Below are positions 1 through 14,200 of a stretch of DNA of 64,000 nt, piece after piece. The notes under the pieces were generated by a model. The model saw nothing but the letters and a program-made list of their open reading frames with translations, was not told the origin of the DNA and did no database searches. The first letter of the stretch is position 1. Each line of letters begins with the position of its first letter. The translations under genes and the position numbers were made by a program. The stretch is from Ophelia neglecta (lineage: Eukaryota): assembly GCA_965285935.1 (NCBI GenBank), contig OZ260664.1, positions 23,932,001 through 23,996,000 on the forward strand, given 5' to 3'.

Positions 1-2442
1 ATTTAGCTCGTTTTTTTGCTACTAAATGGTCCGATTCCTCAGCAAGTTATTCAATAACAACTTAAAGGCACCAATCCTGATGCATTTCGCCCCAAAACCT
101 TGCTATTGCAGCTCTGTTTGTTTAGGTAATTACCGGTAATTATCCAGCGGGTTTGACACGGTTGCGCATTTTAGATACGACGTGATTTGCTATCTACAAT
201 ATTTGAATTAAGTAATAACTTATAGTTAACAACCGTTGTTTAATTTGCTGGTCGATTTACTATATACCCCTGTACCACAAAACTGGCCATTCTTACCGGG
301 TCACCCACCCTCACGAGATGCAGTCGGCCTATTTCTAAACGGTATTTAGATAGGCCTATATATGCTCCGCGATACGAAGGGGTGTGAAATATTAAAGATT
401 GTTGTTATAATTGTCGGTTTGGTCTCACAAACTCACCTTTTAAGACACAGAGAGTACATCCCACAAGAAGCGTTTTAATCCACATTGTTATTCCGATACG
501 AAAACAACGGTTCCAATCTCAGTCCAAGCAAACTACGACGATCTAATACATACGGTAGATTTAAATCACGGATGTTCTGGTTGATTCACCGAGTGACTAA
601 AACTTTACACCTGCTGGTATTCCTACGCTGTTGGAAAGTTGATACTATGTTTTACTATTTGAAACCTAAGTTGTTTCTTGTACGAAGCATCCGAAAACTA
701 ATTGAAAGTGATAATATTGATCAGAATTTGCTATACACTGTATCATTGTCAACAATTATTTTATTAAAAACCAGCTATTTTTAAAACGTAAAATATGACC
801 TATATTTTAAAGCGAACTATTTTATTTGTTAAACCTTCCGCCATCTTGCGACAAAATTTCGGTCCTGCAGGTGTATATTTGCAGTGCTGTGCAAGTGCAT
901 AACCACCTTTAGCGAAACTACTATCGTAAGTATCTAATCTGCCGTACTACTCCAGAAAATTAAACTACTTCCAAGTTCGAAGGATACAAAATGTCATAAT
1001 TTTCCCACTTACGACCATAACGTTTCCATTCGTTAAAGATATGAAAACATTCGTTGGTAAATCATAATATTATGAAACTGTTCGTATTCATCGATATTAT
1101 GGGAATAATTAACCGAGAAGAAGAAACTTTACCAATTTCAGCTATTTTTTTGCTATTTATCCTAGAAACCCTAAAGGAAGCTAAAATGATTTCAGATACT
1201 GCATACCATATTTACTACTTAAATATTTAATCCCTGTTATACTCCCGGCTGACCACTCCCCTTTATATTTGCTTATTTAAGGACCATGCGACTGGTTGGC
1301 TACTTAATGACTATTTTATCCTGAAGGGCGTATTTCATTTTTTTCCATTAAAGATCATAAGCCTCCATGATAACCTTTCATTTTACAAGTCATATCCAAA
1401 ACATTCGTTGGCGGGAGAGGTGGGAGGGGTGGGGGCGGGGCTGGGGCAGAAAAACCCAGGCCAATGGTGCAAAAGAACAACCCATTCTACAAGAAGAAAA
1501 TTTAGGAATCCCCGTATTGGCAAAAGGAAAAAAAGTAGTATGGGTCGAAAAAATCCGGAGGCGGGTGGGGACGGGAGTAGGTAACAACCAAACACTTACC
1601 TTGCCAGTCCATCCTTAGTTATAATCCAAATACCATTATTAATTACACATTTTAAGGGTGCACGTATAAAATTGGAGTTTTACATGCACTTAAAATTCAA
1701 TCCTAAAAATTGGAGGGGGGGGGGGGCTGTCAAAGAATCAGCAGGGTCTTTGACAGGGGGTCACGAAACAGGGGGTTCATAAATTCTCAACGACAGCGGA
1801 GCAAGAATTTACACTCTAATTTTTCAAAGGCTGATAATAGATCTTACTGTAACTTTAAGGAGGTTTCTAGGGAAAAGGTTTTTTTCATAGAATGGTGTCA
1901 TTAACAAAAAATCTGCAAAAACTCTCCAAGGTTGGTCATATATGTAGGTTTAAATAAGGCAGGTCATTTATGTAGATGAGAAATAACGCAGGGCTTAAAC
2001 AGAACCTTGGCCGGCACCTGATGTCCCTGGAATGTCCTCCGAAAATCCACTCAAACAACTGCCTCACCATCCACGCCCCGCAAAAGGTTTGGATCATCGA
2101 AGACTACATCCAGTGGTCAAACCTTACCATAACGCCAACCCAGTCACTGCAGTCGACTACGGCATCTAACGTAAGAGGACCCAATACCGTCATGTTTTTG
2201 GAAAACTGCATGGACAGCAAAACGGAAATACATGCCGGAGACTTAGAGCATATCTCGTAGAGAATTTTAGTGAAAAGCAACGGCCGAAGACTATTTTGTG
2301 TGTTCTGTGTCCTCGCCCAAAGTTAGGTACCCTCAGTTGACGGTATTAAGACTCCCGGTACCTAGGTCCGTCACACAGGGTGTCCTGTTACCGTCAGGGG
2401 GACCTAAGTACGGCAGCCACTATAAGAGTGGGGTGTCCAAAT

Positions 2443-2808
2443 CCCGGGGGGGGGGGTACTCCCATTATCCGGCATACTGGGTATGTGCGGCCGAGAAGGG
2501 TCGTTTTTCCTCAAAACTTCCCTAAACCAAGGGTACCTTTTTGTTGATTTCTTCCCTAATAAAGGGTATGGTTTCTAGAAAAAAATTCATCCTGTCGGGC
2601 ATGATTCTGAATTGCCTAGGGCAGTGAATAACCTGTATTCCATTCCACGAGGTTACATGTATGTCATAACAAAGTGCCAAGTTTGAAGTCAAAATGTCCC
2701 TAAATCAAGGGTAGGTTTGAAGTCATAATGTCCCTAATTCAAGGGTAGGGTTTGCCAGGTACCAGCCGCACACCCCCACCCAAAAATAATGGGAGTACCC
2801 CCCCCGGG
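2443..2808. mobile_element. 366-bp MITE with CCCGGG(G)nTACTCCCATTA terminal inverted repeats and 8-bp TSD GTCCAAAT
   Basis: Left end cccggg(g)n-tactcccatta, right end taatgggagta-(c)n-ggg; identical 8-mer gtccaaat at 2435-2442 and 2809-2816; internal repeats of ccctaaatcaagggta. Confidence 0.9.
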
Positions 2809-3699
2809 GTCCAAATACCGTCTGAATGAATAAAATTGGGATAGGATGACATATCAATCCTTTATTTGTAATGAGCAATAAGAACAGGGTTACTAAACAT
2901 AATAAAGCACATTGTTGGCAAATCAGTTCCAATTAATAAAGTCGAAAAAGTGTCTACGACCGCGTATATGCTGTACACTTAAGAAGTTCTTTGACTATAT
3001 ATGGCAAGAGCCTATCAAATGAACTAAGTTGTTGATAACGTGGCAATATAACTTGGTTTGAAAACACTGCACATTATGCTCCGTTCAACGCCGTCATCTG
3101 CTTCTGCTTCAACATCAACCACCTGAGCGGAGAGAATTGTACATCATATCACAATGACTATACTGTATATACCACAGCCAAGTAATGAGAATTAGTCTAC
3201 ATGACATAACAATTTTTTTAGGGATGCACTATTTGAAAATTGTCACAGTGGTCATTGTAATTATTCATGATTGCGATTTTAGCAATGTAGAAAAAGACTG
3301 GTTAACTTTTTTCCCTCCTTGTCCCCTGTAATGTGAAAAACATAACCATGAATCAAAATCAACCATTGACAACGTGTAATGGAAACGCAATGATAAACTC
3401 GATTATACGAACAATCAATAAACACAACTGGGACTGGAACTAAATCCAAAGTTCCCATTGGGGCAACATATGGATTTTGCCATCCTTAGTGTTTACAAAC
3501 GTTCGGACTGGATCCTTTTGTGATAATTTACACCATTGTAAACGATTTTTGTCTCTATTCATAGGACAGTTTCAAACAATTTTTTCCGAATGAATGGATG
3601 TGAATAACAATATTCATATACCTTTACATGTGCGATGTAATAGTTCGCGGTGGTCCGCCCTCTCCTTCATCCTCATCGCATCCGCTGATGATTGTCCGG

Positions 3700-4132
3700 A
3701 CCCCCCCCCCCCCACTCCGCCATTTTTTGGGGGTACCCATGCTTGTTCACCACTTTTGAAAACTGACCCTTATCTCAGGAGAGGCATTGAATTTTTCACC
3801 CCCTTATCTCAGGCTATCGCGGGGTTTTTCAGGTTTTTAACCCCCCTAACTCAGGCTTGATGAAATATCACACCCCTATTCTCAGGCTCCAGGAAGCAAC
3901 TAACCCCCTTTCAAATTAACTTTCCAACCCTTTTCTCGAACCCCTTTTCTTCTATTTCTCTGAAGGCTGATAAAAAGACCCCTTTTTCAATTTCTCTGGA
4001 GAAAAATACAAAAATGTACCCCTTATTCGGGAATTCTCGGGCCCGAGATAAAAGCCCAAAATTTACCCCTAGTTCCTAAAAATCGTGAACGCGCATGCGG
4101 CCCCCCAAGCCCAGGGAGAGGGGGGGGGCGGG
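3700..4132. mobile_element. MITE-like insertion with poly-C/poly-G ends and internal acccc/ccctt repeats
   Basis: (c)n-actcc at left, ggagag-(g)n at right; repeated ccctt(a)tctcagg motifs; no clean TSD found. Confidence 0.5.
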
Positions 4133-7100
4133 CCCGACCCCCATTTGCACACCGAGTACTGACCTCTTCATTTCCATCGCCACATTCGTCCCTGCCTGTG
4201 CCCCAGTCACCGCCCCTTGACCGCCATCTACACCATCGAAATCAGCCTCTGTTTTCGTCTTCTTCCTGGTTTTCTTATCCAAGTTTACACACTCGATATA
4301 ATTCGTCATTATTCGTCGATATTCGTCATCTTCTCTCTTTCCTCTTCCCCGCATACATCATCCACATCTATCACAACTTCTGTCATCTTCAGAGTTTCTT
4401 CATCCCAATCTACATCACTGACAATAACCACTTCATCTGTGTTTTCCCCTGTGTCTTCATCCTCTTTTACACCATCGTCACCACCCATTTCTTCCGTCCT
4501 TTCAATGTGTCGTCATCTGCATCTATACCAATTACACTAACCCCTTCATCTGTCTTTAGCGTTGCGTCTTCATCCTCATCTAAACCATCAAAATCGACCA
4601 CTTCGGTCCTCAATTTCGCAGTGTCTTCGTCCCTACGTTCACTGCCAGTGTCTTTATCCCTTTCCGCAATTTTGACATCTATCAACGCAACGGCCCCTGT
4701 CTTCGCATCTTTATTCCGAGCTGTGCTATTACCATTCTTCACTCCTTCTTCTTCCTTCGGGGCATCTGACAGGTGGACTATTTCTTTCACTTTCGGACGT
4801 AGAGGAATGTGGTTTGGATCCAAACAAGATTCTCTATATATGTGTATTATAAGTGCTGGTCCACATGATGTTCTACAGATTATTGTATATTTGAACCCTT
4901 GGCTGGACTTTTCTGTCAAGGTTCTTTGACACTGAGCCTGTCCCAGGGTAAAAAAAGCTCAATGGGGCACAAAGGATAGGGAACGGATTTGCCAGATTGC
5001 CATAGGCCTTTATGTTCCACTTTTACCACAGACAGTTTCTTGCTCCAAGAGGAGGTGCACATCTTCAGCCAATAGATTTTTTCCCTGTGACATACATGGA
5101 AGAACACACAGCATACTGAGTAGCAATAGAGCCTTTGTATTTTTTCTGCTCATTTAGACCCAGCTCTAGGAAGTCATAATTACTAAGATATTCATCTGTG
5201 TGTAAAGCAAGCTCTATCACAATACGCATCTTGGTGTTAGGAGATTCTTCGACAAAGGCCAAAACGCGGGCACCGAATATTGCTTTGTCGCTAAACTTAG
5301 TTTAAACATATTTTATTGCCTTATTACCTGCAAGTAGGTTTGGCCACAAGTTATAACAACTTAGTAATCGGCCTTACCTTACAAACGTAATACATGTTTA
5401 TACCATGGCAGTACAATTTATAACATCACATAGTAAATGTATAATATATAAATTATTTTGGTTGGCTGGCTAAGGGGGACGGGGGAGCTAAAGCACCATA
5501 AGCTTATTCCTCGCTAAACTAAGTCATCCCTAGTTAAACATCTTCAAATGCGCCTTTAAAGTCTGCTTCTGACATAGGATAGTCACTTTGGAGGATTCGA
5601 AGAATTAGTTTCGAGGGCCATTATACCATATTTTCTAAATTCACCGATGGAATAGAGGAAGGCATCTCTTACAATGCTAAACTACTCGGACCGGCGCTTA
5701 ATATTATTTCGAACCAGATTTTAAGGTTAATATTTACTAGTAATTTTTAACATTATAGGCCACTCGACACTGCTTTGACTGTAAGAGGCAAGTTCAAAAC
5801 ACTTTTTCATTTAGTCAATACATCACCCCAATTAAAAAAGAAGTTCGCTATAGTAATGTTAGCTTATTTTTCAAGCAACATAAGGATTTCAGTGATTCTT
5901 TTACTCTTAATATGTCTCTAGCGGTAATAGGACTCCCCCGGCGGTATTAGGGGTACTTTCTTATCTCCGTCAAAACAGCATATGTTAGTGCCCGAATACC
6001 GGCAAAAACTTTCCACGCTATTTTGCCGGAGATAAAGGCTTCTCCCGAAAATAAGCATTGGGTCAAGGACAGAAAAATATGTGTAGCTTAGGCTGAAGGA
6101 ACAGTGGCGCGATACGAACGAAATGCACATGTTTTACATAAACTGCAAATTGCGAGGGTACAGGGCACATCATAGTCACAGGTGACATTATCTATGACCA
6201 CGAGTTTGCAAGCTTTTAAAATTAGAATTATTTCAATGAAGGAATTCAATTTTGCCGTAAATAGGAAGACAATATCAAAGAAATTTGTCAGAGATTTGTT
6301 TTATCAATGTGGCGTCTTTGTTAAATGTAATATGGGAGCATTAATTTTTGTGACGGTAATAGGACCCTGACGGTATTCGGTCGTCTTACCCTATGAATCC
6401 AAACAAAACAAAACAAAAAAACAAAACAAACAAACAAAAAAATCCTTGTTTGCTGAATGAAATCGCAGGTTGAAGTTTCCTTAATCATGTTAATCTTCGT
6501 TTTTTTATTGTTTAGTTAATAAGTAACCGCTTAGCTTATAATTCTTGTGTATTTCTTATATATCTCGATATTGCACCTACGCTGCTGCGTGGGATTTGGG
6601 CAGTAGAGATTTAATGAACGATAAAGCATACTCTTATTTTGAAAAGGTTCGTGTGGTATTAAATTCGGAGTTTTACAAATAAATGCTACTCCACAAAATA
6701 TGCGCGAGTTTTAATGCAGTGAGTTTAATAATAGACTTGTGTTCATACCCAGTGTTTACTATAGCAATGAAGTATGGGACAGGGTTTGCTATTGTTAATA
6801 TGGACCTCTATTTCATTTGACTTAATTTTTTACTAAAACTAATTCATATATGTTGATGGTTTATTAGTCCGAGCTGGATAATCATAGTTTTAACTGACCT
6901 TCTTTAGTTTATTAACTGGTGTTATTCTGCCCAAGCTCTTTCCTTCTTTGTGCATCTCTTGCCGTCTTGTGATGTTTATTTCCCCGTGGACCTTTCTAAT
7001 GTGCTGCCACAGCCAATTGTAGTGCAAATCGCATACTGTGCAAATGCCCTCTTTACTTGTCACAGGCCTCACTGGAATTGAGAATAACTTTTATTTTGGC

Positions 7101-7285
7101 AACACCAATTATTCATGAACGACATGTCCTCAGAAAAACAATTTGATGACTATTATATTATATGAGTCCACAGTATGTAAACAAAAATAGACAGTACAAT
7201 AAACAATAAACTATACCCAACTTAAGACACTAAATGACCCACATGGTGTCTATGTGTCGTTAAGCCCCAAAAATCCAAATCCAAA

Positions 7286-7730
7286 TCCTTGTCAAAACAC
7301 CAGATGCTCCTTAAGGTCGAGATGCTGAATACAACAAGATTGCAACAAGACTACCATGAATATACTACTGGGTGGTCTTGGTTTGCCGGCACGACACCAC
7401 AGGCCCCCCTGGCAGACGAGGGTTGCCCAGGGCCGTCCCTGAGGTCTCTCCGTTCTTTTTATATGTACATCTATTGGCAGAAGGGGGGGGGGGGGGGGCG
7501 GGCGGTGAGCCACGGCGGGATCTAGAGAGCTAGAGAGTAGTAGGCTCACTACCCCCACTTTCCTTGTCAAAACACCAGACGACCCTTAAGGTCGAGATGC
7601 TGAATGCAACAAGATTGCAACAAAGACTACCATTGATATACTACTGGGTGGTCTTGGTTTGCCGGCACGACACCACAGCCCCCCTCGCGGCGGGCTCTAG
7701 AGAGCTATAGAGTAGTATGCTCACTACCCC
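7286..7730. repeat. Direct tandem duplication, period 275 bp (second copy internally deleted)
   Basis: tccttgtcaaaacaccaga...gccggcacgacaccacag starts at 7286 and 7561; both copies end in ctagagagcta..agtagta.gctcactacccc. Confidence 0.9.
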
Positions 7731-9329
7731 TGCTGCTCTCCGGTATCTTTACTGTTAAATTAATAAAATGATTACCGTTGGGTCACTACAGGCTCTCTAT
7801 CGACTTCGCAGTGAGGTTGCAGTATGCTCACCGCGTCCCATTTTGCATGTTAATAAACGACCTCGCTGTAATCTCACCACGACCTAGAGGCACAGCTGCG
7901 GCAACTTCTTGCCAGAGGTAAGGGTTAGGTCTAGATGTTAAATGTGTGATAAGCATCCGGCTGGTTCAAGATCATTTCTATTATTTGCAGAGTAATTTAA
8001 GTAAGGGCCAATAATGAGCGCTATAATGCTTGTGCACCGCCTATTTCATTTGAAAATGTCTATGAAAATTCAGAATTATATGAAAATTCAGAATTCTGCG
8101 AGGCACTAAATAATTGCTGTGTAATTTTAAAGCTGTGCTTGGAATCTTTAATAAATAAAGTTATCAACCCTCTTCTCTGAACCCTGACGTAAAGCAATTT
8201 AACTGTTTAACACTTAGTTGCATGTATCCTGATATCAAATATCATAATCCTCTGTCATAATATAATTTTCTGTCAGTAAAATGCCATCTTGTGAAGGGCC
8301 GAGGGTGCTTCGATTACCAAGTTAGGACAGAACGGATCGTGCGAGCTGTGTTAGGTACACCACCTCTGTTATTAAGGGAAGGCCAAATTAACCACGCATG
8401 GAAAGCTGTTTTTATAGAAATTGATAGACGTGCTTTTGGTACAAATATAAATAATAAAGCAGGTTGTATTTGCAAGCCACCAAGCATTGGTGTGTATATC
8501 AAAACGGCAAACACAATAAAGTAATTAAGTGCTCACCGGGGACATCCATTTATTTATTATTTAATAAACAATTCGATTATAAGTTCCAATATTTCAGCCA
8601 TCAAATATTTTATTTTCATTACTAGCAGGCGTGCACCCATCTCCACTTACGTAAAGCAACGATCAGTGTTTAAATCAGGATTTAACTCAAACCACCTCAA
8701 ATAAACTGCTTCACGGCTCATTTATATCCTTTTCATAACATTTGGTAATAAATATTGAAAAAATATCCAGTGACCCATAGATTTTCTTTAAGTTATTGAA
8801 TTCTGACCTCATCTTATTGCCTCGTGTAAATTACGGACATAATTGAACTGGAGAATTTTTTTTATTCATATTTTACTTTTTTTGACAAAAACATGGTTTA
8901 AATGCTAATTTGGGATCACTGAGAAACGCCCATTAGCCTGAAGGATCATTGGAAAAAAATTCCCAATAAAGGTCTTCACGTGTAGTGTCTACCTATATAT
9001 AAGGCCAACTAAATATAGACAGTTCCAAATGTTTGCTTCTATATCTCTCAATGAAGAATATCATCTTCCTTAAGTCTAATAACTCACAAATTATTTGGAT
9101 TCTGCTAAAATGTATTGTGATGAGCAAAACGAAGCCATGGTGAGATTTGTCAGTGATTGACGTCTGGCAGTTGACTCAGTCGTCAGAGAAATCATCCTGC
9201 CTCCCATGCGGACGAATATGATGGCAGAGAGAAACCCTGGTCATTGGCCCTTCAATATTTTCTGAAAACACCCTCCACAATAAGCACCATGAAGCTATAA
9301 GCCTCACAGGCAGGTTTCCCGCTTTGATC

Positions 9330-9571
9330 TCTCATTAAGCCAATAATGCCGGTAGCTCCATTTCTGTATTTGAACAGCAAAACGTAGGCAAATAGAGGCA
9401 CGAGGCGATAGAGACGAGTTGTCTTTCATTGGACAGCCTGATAAAAGGCGGAGTCTGGCAGAGTGTATTAAAGACATCCACTACCGACTAGAGATCACAA
9501 TACTCTTTGAATTCCTGCAGTGCGCAATTGAATTTAGAATTGTGTTCAAAAGAAAGGAAGCTCTTCCACTG
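9330..9571 (+). promoter_or_regulatory. Putative promoter and non-coding first exon of the ASCL gene
   Basis: CCAAT/ATTGG boxes, N-box CACGAG at 9399-9404, TATA-like GATAAAA near 9441, strong donor CTG|GTAAGT at 9571/9572 that can pair with acceptor ctttttttacag ending 10582. Confidence 0.45.
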
Positions 9572-10601
9572 GTAAGTGGCCTTTAAAATTATTGAAAGTT
9601 TTAGTGATTTGGTTGTTGAAATTCATTCATAGTTTGTTTCATAAAAAAACACATTTGATAACAGTTGTCAATTTGTACGTCCGATGAAAAAACTACACTT
9701 TTCATCGTTAACATTTTGAAGAGAGCTATATAAGCCAACACTTCCTTGAGGCAGCACAGTATTAAAATTTTATAGATTCAATTAATCATAACGAAGTACA
9801 GACCCGTAGCCAGTCAGGAAACGTTCGAATTTTCCTTAAAAGTTTACTTGAAGTGAGGTCGCGTGCTATTGGGTTCGGAGATTGCCCTCCCGAAACGTTT
9901 GTAAAGCCATTGACTGAAAAGTACACTTTAAACCACATTAAATTTTATGGGTGATTCATAAAAAGTCCCCTTCAGGCGGTGGTGGTCAATTGAATCCCTA
10001 GAACTTCACCTCCCCTTGTCTAGGGCATTCTCGCACCCGAAAATAATTGTAGAGGTTAAAATAACGAGTTAGATATAACGAATCTTCATCGAAAGTCAGC
10101 ACACATATTTAGGCCATATTTATTCATAAGGTTGGCATAAAGGGCGGGTATATAAGGTACATAAAAATGCTGGTGTTATAATTTGGAAGTTGTAGTGAGA
10201 GTTTCTCTGATATATTCTTTCTTATTGTCGTTATATAAGAGTTCGAGAACGAAATGATAAAGAACCTTGTTTGAAACTTTCTTGAGAAATGAATGAATAT
10301 ATATATGTAATATGGCGAATAAGCAGAAGCCACGTATAAAACGACAACTAGCGGGCATTGAATGAGAAAACGGCTAATATACTTACTTTGTGATTTATTT
10401 GTTTATCTGCTATTGATAAATGCTCCATTTATTGAATGCATGACATCGCATAAAAACGGGTTCTAATACTGTATAATAGTGGGTATATCTATTTTATGTT
10501 ATTCTTTCATATTGATGAAAGGCTTTTCTATTGCGATTAATTCTGCTTCAACATAATTTACACAACTTGACTTTTTTTACAGTCCGTTGATCCCAGAATT
10601 C

Positions 10602-11216
10602 ATGATGCAAAACATCCGGCGCCTTCATACCTTTTCGTCACCGACATGTGAAGACCTTGGTCTGCCAAGAGACGCCGTGGATTACGAACCACTCAGTGAC
10701 GACAGTAATGAAAGTTATTCTAAGATGGGGTTTCTTTCACACGACCCCTCTGATAAGCTGAACATCAACGGATTAAGGTACGAACCGGAAAACCCAAACA
10801 ATCCATTTTCGCCTTATTGCCGGATACCGTTACCTAATCCGTACGGTTGCTACGAATACGGAATGGAACCGGCGTTCATTAGGAAACGAAACGAACGCGA
10901 GCGCGAGCGAGTGAGGTGTGTAAATGACGGGTACGCCAGACTGAGGGAGCATCTTCCGGTCGATCAAAAACCTGAGAAAAGAATCAGCAAGGTGGAAACG
11001 CTTCGCGGAGCCATTCGCTATATAAAACAACTACAACATCTGCTGGAGAAAGCAGACGAAAAAGGCCCTGAACAGACATCGCAACCGCTAAATCTTAAGA
11101 AAAGAACTTTTGAAGAGGTGGATACAAATGTTAATAACGAAAGTATCAAAGAATTGCCTCCAAAGAAAAGAGCGTGCAGTTCCATCGACGCTCGTTCGAG
11201 CTCTAGAAGGAGTTGA
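10602..11216 (+). CDS. ASCL: Achaete-scute family bHLH transcription factor, ASCL3/4/5 (ASC-b) type
   Basis: EPAFIRKRNERERERVRCVNDGYARLREHLP...KRISKVETLRGAIRYIKQLQ is the ASCL3/4/5-type bHLH; first ATG (10602) follows a splice acceptor at 10582; single coding exon; AATAAA downstream near 11604 and 11739. Confidence 0.95.
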   Translation: MMQNIRRLHTFSSPTCEDLGLPRDAVDYEPLSDDSNESYSKMGFLSHDPSDKLNINGLRYEPENPNNPFSPYCRIPLPNPYGCYEYGMEPAFIRKRNERERERVRCVNDGYARLREHLPVDQKPEKRISKVETLRGAIRYIKQLQHLLEKADEKGPEQTSQPLNLKKRTFEEVDTNVNNESIKELPPKKRACSSIDARSSSRRS

Positions 11217-14200
11217 GAACAAAACTTAGTACCAGTATATTAGATCAAAACATATCTGTCCCATACAGATTATTGTATATTGTTACCAATGATGATCTTC
11301 ACCAGGAATTGCAAGACATTATATAGAGGCTCTAAAACAGACTTTGTTTTGACAATTATTGTGTGATCAACATTTCCCATTGAGAAAAAATAGAACTCTT
11401 AAGAATGGAATTGAAGCATAACATAGCTGGGCACAAAAATGATACGATTAATAAGAATTCTCTTTTAATATAGGTAAATTTATTCGGTAGTCGTTATTTT
11501 CCTGCAATCACTACAAATCTAGTCATGGTCTTTGTCGAAGAAGCTATTTGTGTATCGACAGATGTTGTTTCGGCAATGTTATTCTTGTATATCTAAGACG
11601 GAAAATAAAGGATACAGAAATGTGTAAATAAGCACCTGTCATGATTTCTTCATCTATATAATTAGAACACCCATTCGCGATGCGGCAAATCTGCCGCAAC
11701 ACCCCTCGCATGTCAGAAACTGTGAATTCAAAAGAAACAATAAACTGTGGCCATTCACAATTCTAAAACGCGTCCTAAAGTGCTCTAATTAAAAGTCATC
11801 TCTTTGTGATGGCACATACCAAACGATTCAATACCAACTCTATCGAATTTCCTGGATGGCCGAAACAAACGTGCTTTCTGGAGTGCGTGTCCCCTGAAAG
11901 CCAATTCGGGCGAATTGACACAAGCCACAGGTGACACGTTTAGTTTCTGCTCGATTTCGGAGAAATAAGCAAGTAAAATTCAATCTGCAAGCGGATCACA
12001 CCTGAAGCTTCTTTTGCACATCTCTATACATAAATGTAGGCCTAACCAATATGCCAAACTTTTTTTGAATCAATGCGCACGAAAAAATTTTATGATTAAA
12101 TCTATCAAAAATCAGGAGGCATGTCGTATTTTTCTAGTTAATGTTTAGTATAGGTTACTTAATCCCGTTTATAGGCTATAGGCTATATTAAAAGTATGTA
12201 ATTTTTGACATTCTTAGCTTCTAACAGTGAACTCGAAAGATTGGTCCTTCCCTCAGCTATACGTGTACATCCATCTCGACACATGTATAGTGTTTTTTTT
12301 TATTGCGGATTGCTTTTAAGTGCGTTGAATTAATGAGTATTATCTTACGCAGAAAATTATGTTTGTTTTAGTCTGTGTGTTCATGAGTCTGGTTGATTCA
12401 TATTGTTTCTTTGTGTCATCCGCACTCATTTTCATCAAGCTGTATTGAAAAGTGTTACATTTGGTAGTGGAAGAAACACATAACAACATATTTACATATT
12501 TACAGTGTGGCCAGTGAAAAGATAAGTAATGCAATGAAACAATGTGTATACCTACCATGGTAACTCATCTTCGATTGATGATTAACATATTTTTTTCATA
12601 TCAATTTGTGTCTCTTTAAGTGAAACCACAAAATAAGCCTTGTGTTGAGGTATACCCTACAAGAGCTGTAGCTAGATACGGGTCCAGATAGCAGCCGATA
12701 TGTAAATTAAAGTGCTCCTCGGACTTATGATATCTTTATCATAAAACCAGAAAAAAAGAATAGTCTAGTGGTCTAGAAAAGTTTGAAGACAGTATAATCA
12801 TGGCAGCCATATAAGGCTCTTTTTAGGCACTGAATGATTTTAATTTACCCTCTTCTGTCAAAGCTAATATGAACTCCCCAAAACGTAACGCACTTTTAAA
12901 ATGCTGGTGGCACTTCATTTCTGCTAGCCGAAGCCTGTTGACGACCTGTTCTTAACTAAAGCTTGCCATTATCGAAGTATGATTCGACAATTAGTGTATC
13001 GGATGTCGGCTGCGAAAACACACGTGAAAACGAGCACACACCAGTTGCATATCAAATCGCGTTTGAGCAGCGGACGAAAGGTGGATTTAACGGTTCAAAA
13101 AGAGCCACGTGTTTACTCAGCGGCTCTCGGTCGATGATACGGCTTCATCACGGCAGCTGAATCTCGGCAAATGTAAAACTAAGCCGACCCAGCACTGTCT
13201 GATCAGAGCTCAGTGACGAAAAGGGCGCCAAATCCGTTTAGAACGCTATGATCCTACAATTTGCGAAAGATAGATATCAGGATGTTTTCATAGTACTCAA
13301 TAACAGCTTAACGAACGGAGAGCCATGAGCACAATTAAAGACTTAAACAAAGCGCCACCCGCAATACTAAATCCAAACTAAAATGTGTAAGCTATAAAAG
13401 GCTCAAACGTAATTATGAGCTCTTTACATTAATTAAAGCAATCATTAACAATGTGGTCAGAAAGAGACTTTTTGCTAATCACTTCAAGATGTGTGTTACG
13501 CATATTTTTGGGCATAGACACTTCCGTGGTGGGGAGGCGGGTGAACATGAAGACATTTTTAAACTAACATCACCTTCTATTGCAAAATGCATCATATTAT
13601 TAACAGTAATACTTCCAGCTAGAAACACGGACAAAATGGAGACTTTGTACACAACTTGTATGCCTACATAATATATTTGAATTATGTACACGTTTTATTA
13701 GATGTGGAATAAAAAATTGCGCCATTCAATACCTTTTTTTTCAGTCGAGCCGAACTAAGCCAATCAAAAAATTATTTTATAAAAAAATATTCTGTTTAAT
13801 ATAGTTTAACGTGAGTTTTATCTAGTAATATTGTGTTCTACTACCGTATGGATATGCTTAATTTTGATACCAGTTCCGCGTTTACAAGCAACCTAATAAG
13901 TAAACCTATAGGGGTAGCTTAGCTCTTAAAATGAATCAACGGTCAGATTTTTTGTTCCACCCACGGTTGGCACATAAGCATTTCTCAGATTGACAACAAG
14001 AGATACATACAATCAGACTTTTCCGTACGTCTCCGTACGTCTGCTGTAGTCATTCATGTAGTTTATATACACGTTAATACAACTAAATCTACCGTTTTTA
14101 TTTTTCATTGGCTTAAATCGTCATATCTGACTTATCCGTTATTGGAGGCAGGTGCTGATGAAAACAGGAGACACGTGTGTCACAAGACCTCATTATATCA

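Noticed and set aside
4198-4929. 243-aa plus-strand ORF
   Set aside because: Starts at GTG and is the S/F-rich antisense shadow of the acidic minus-strand tract.
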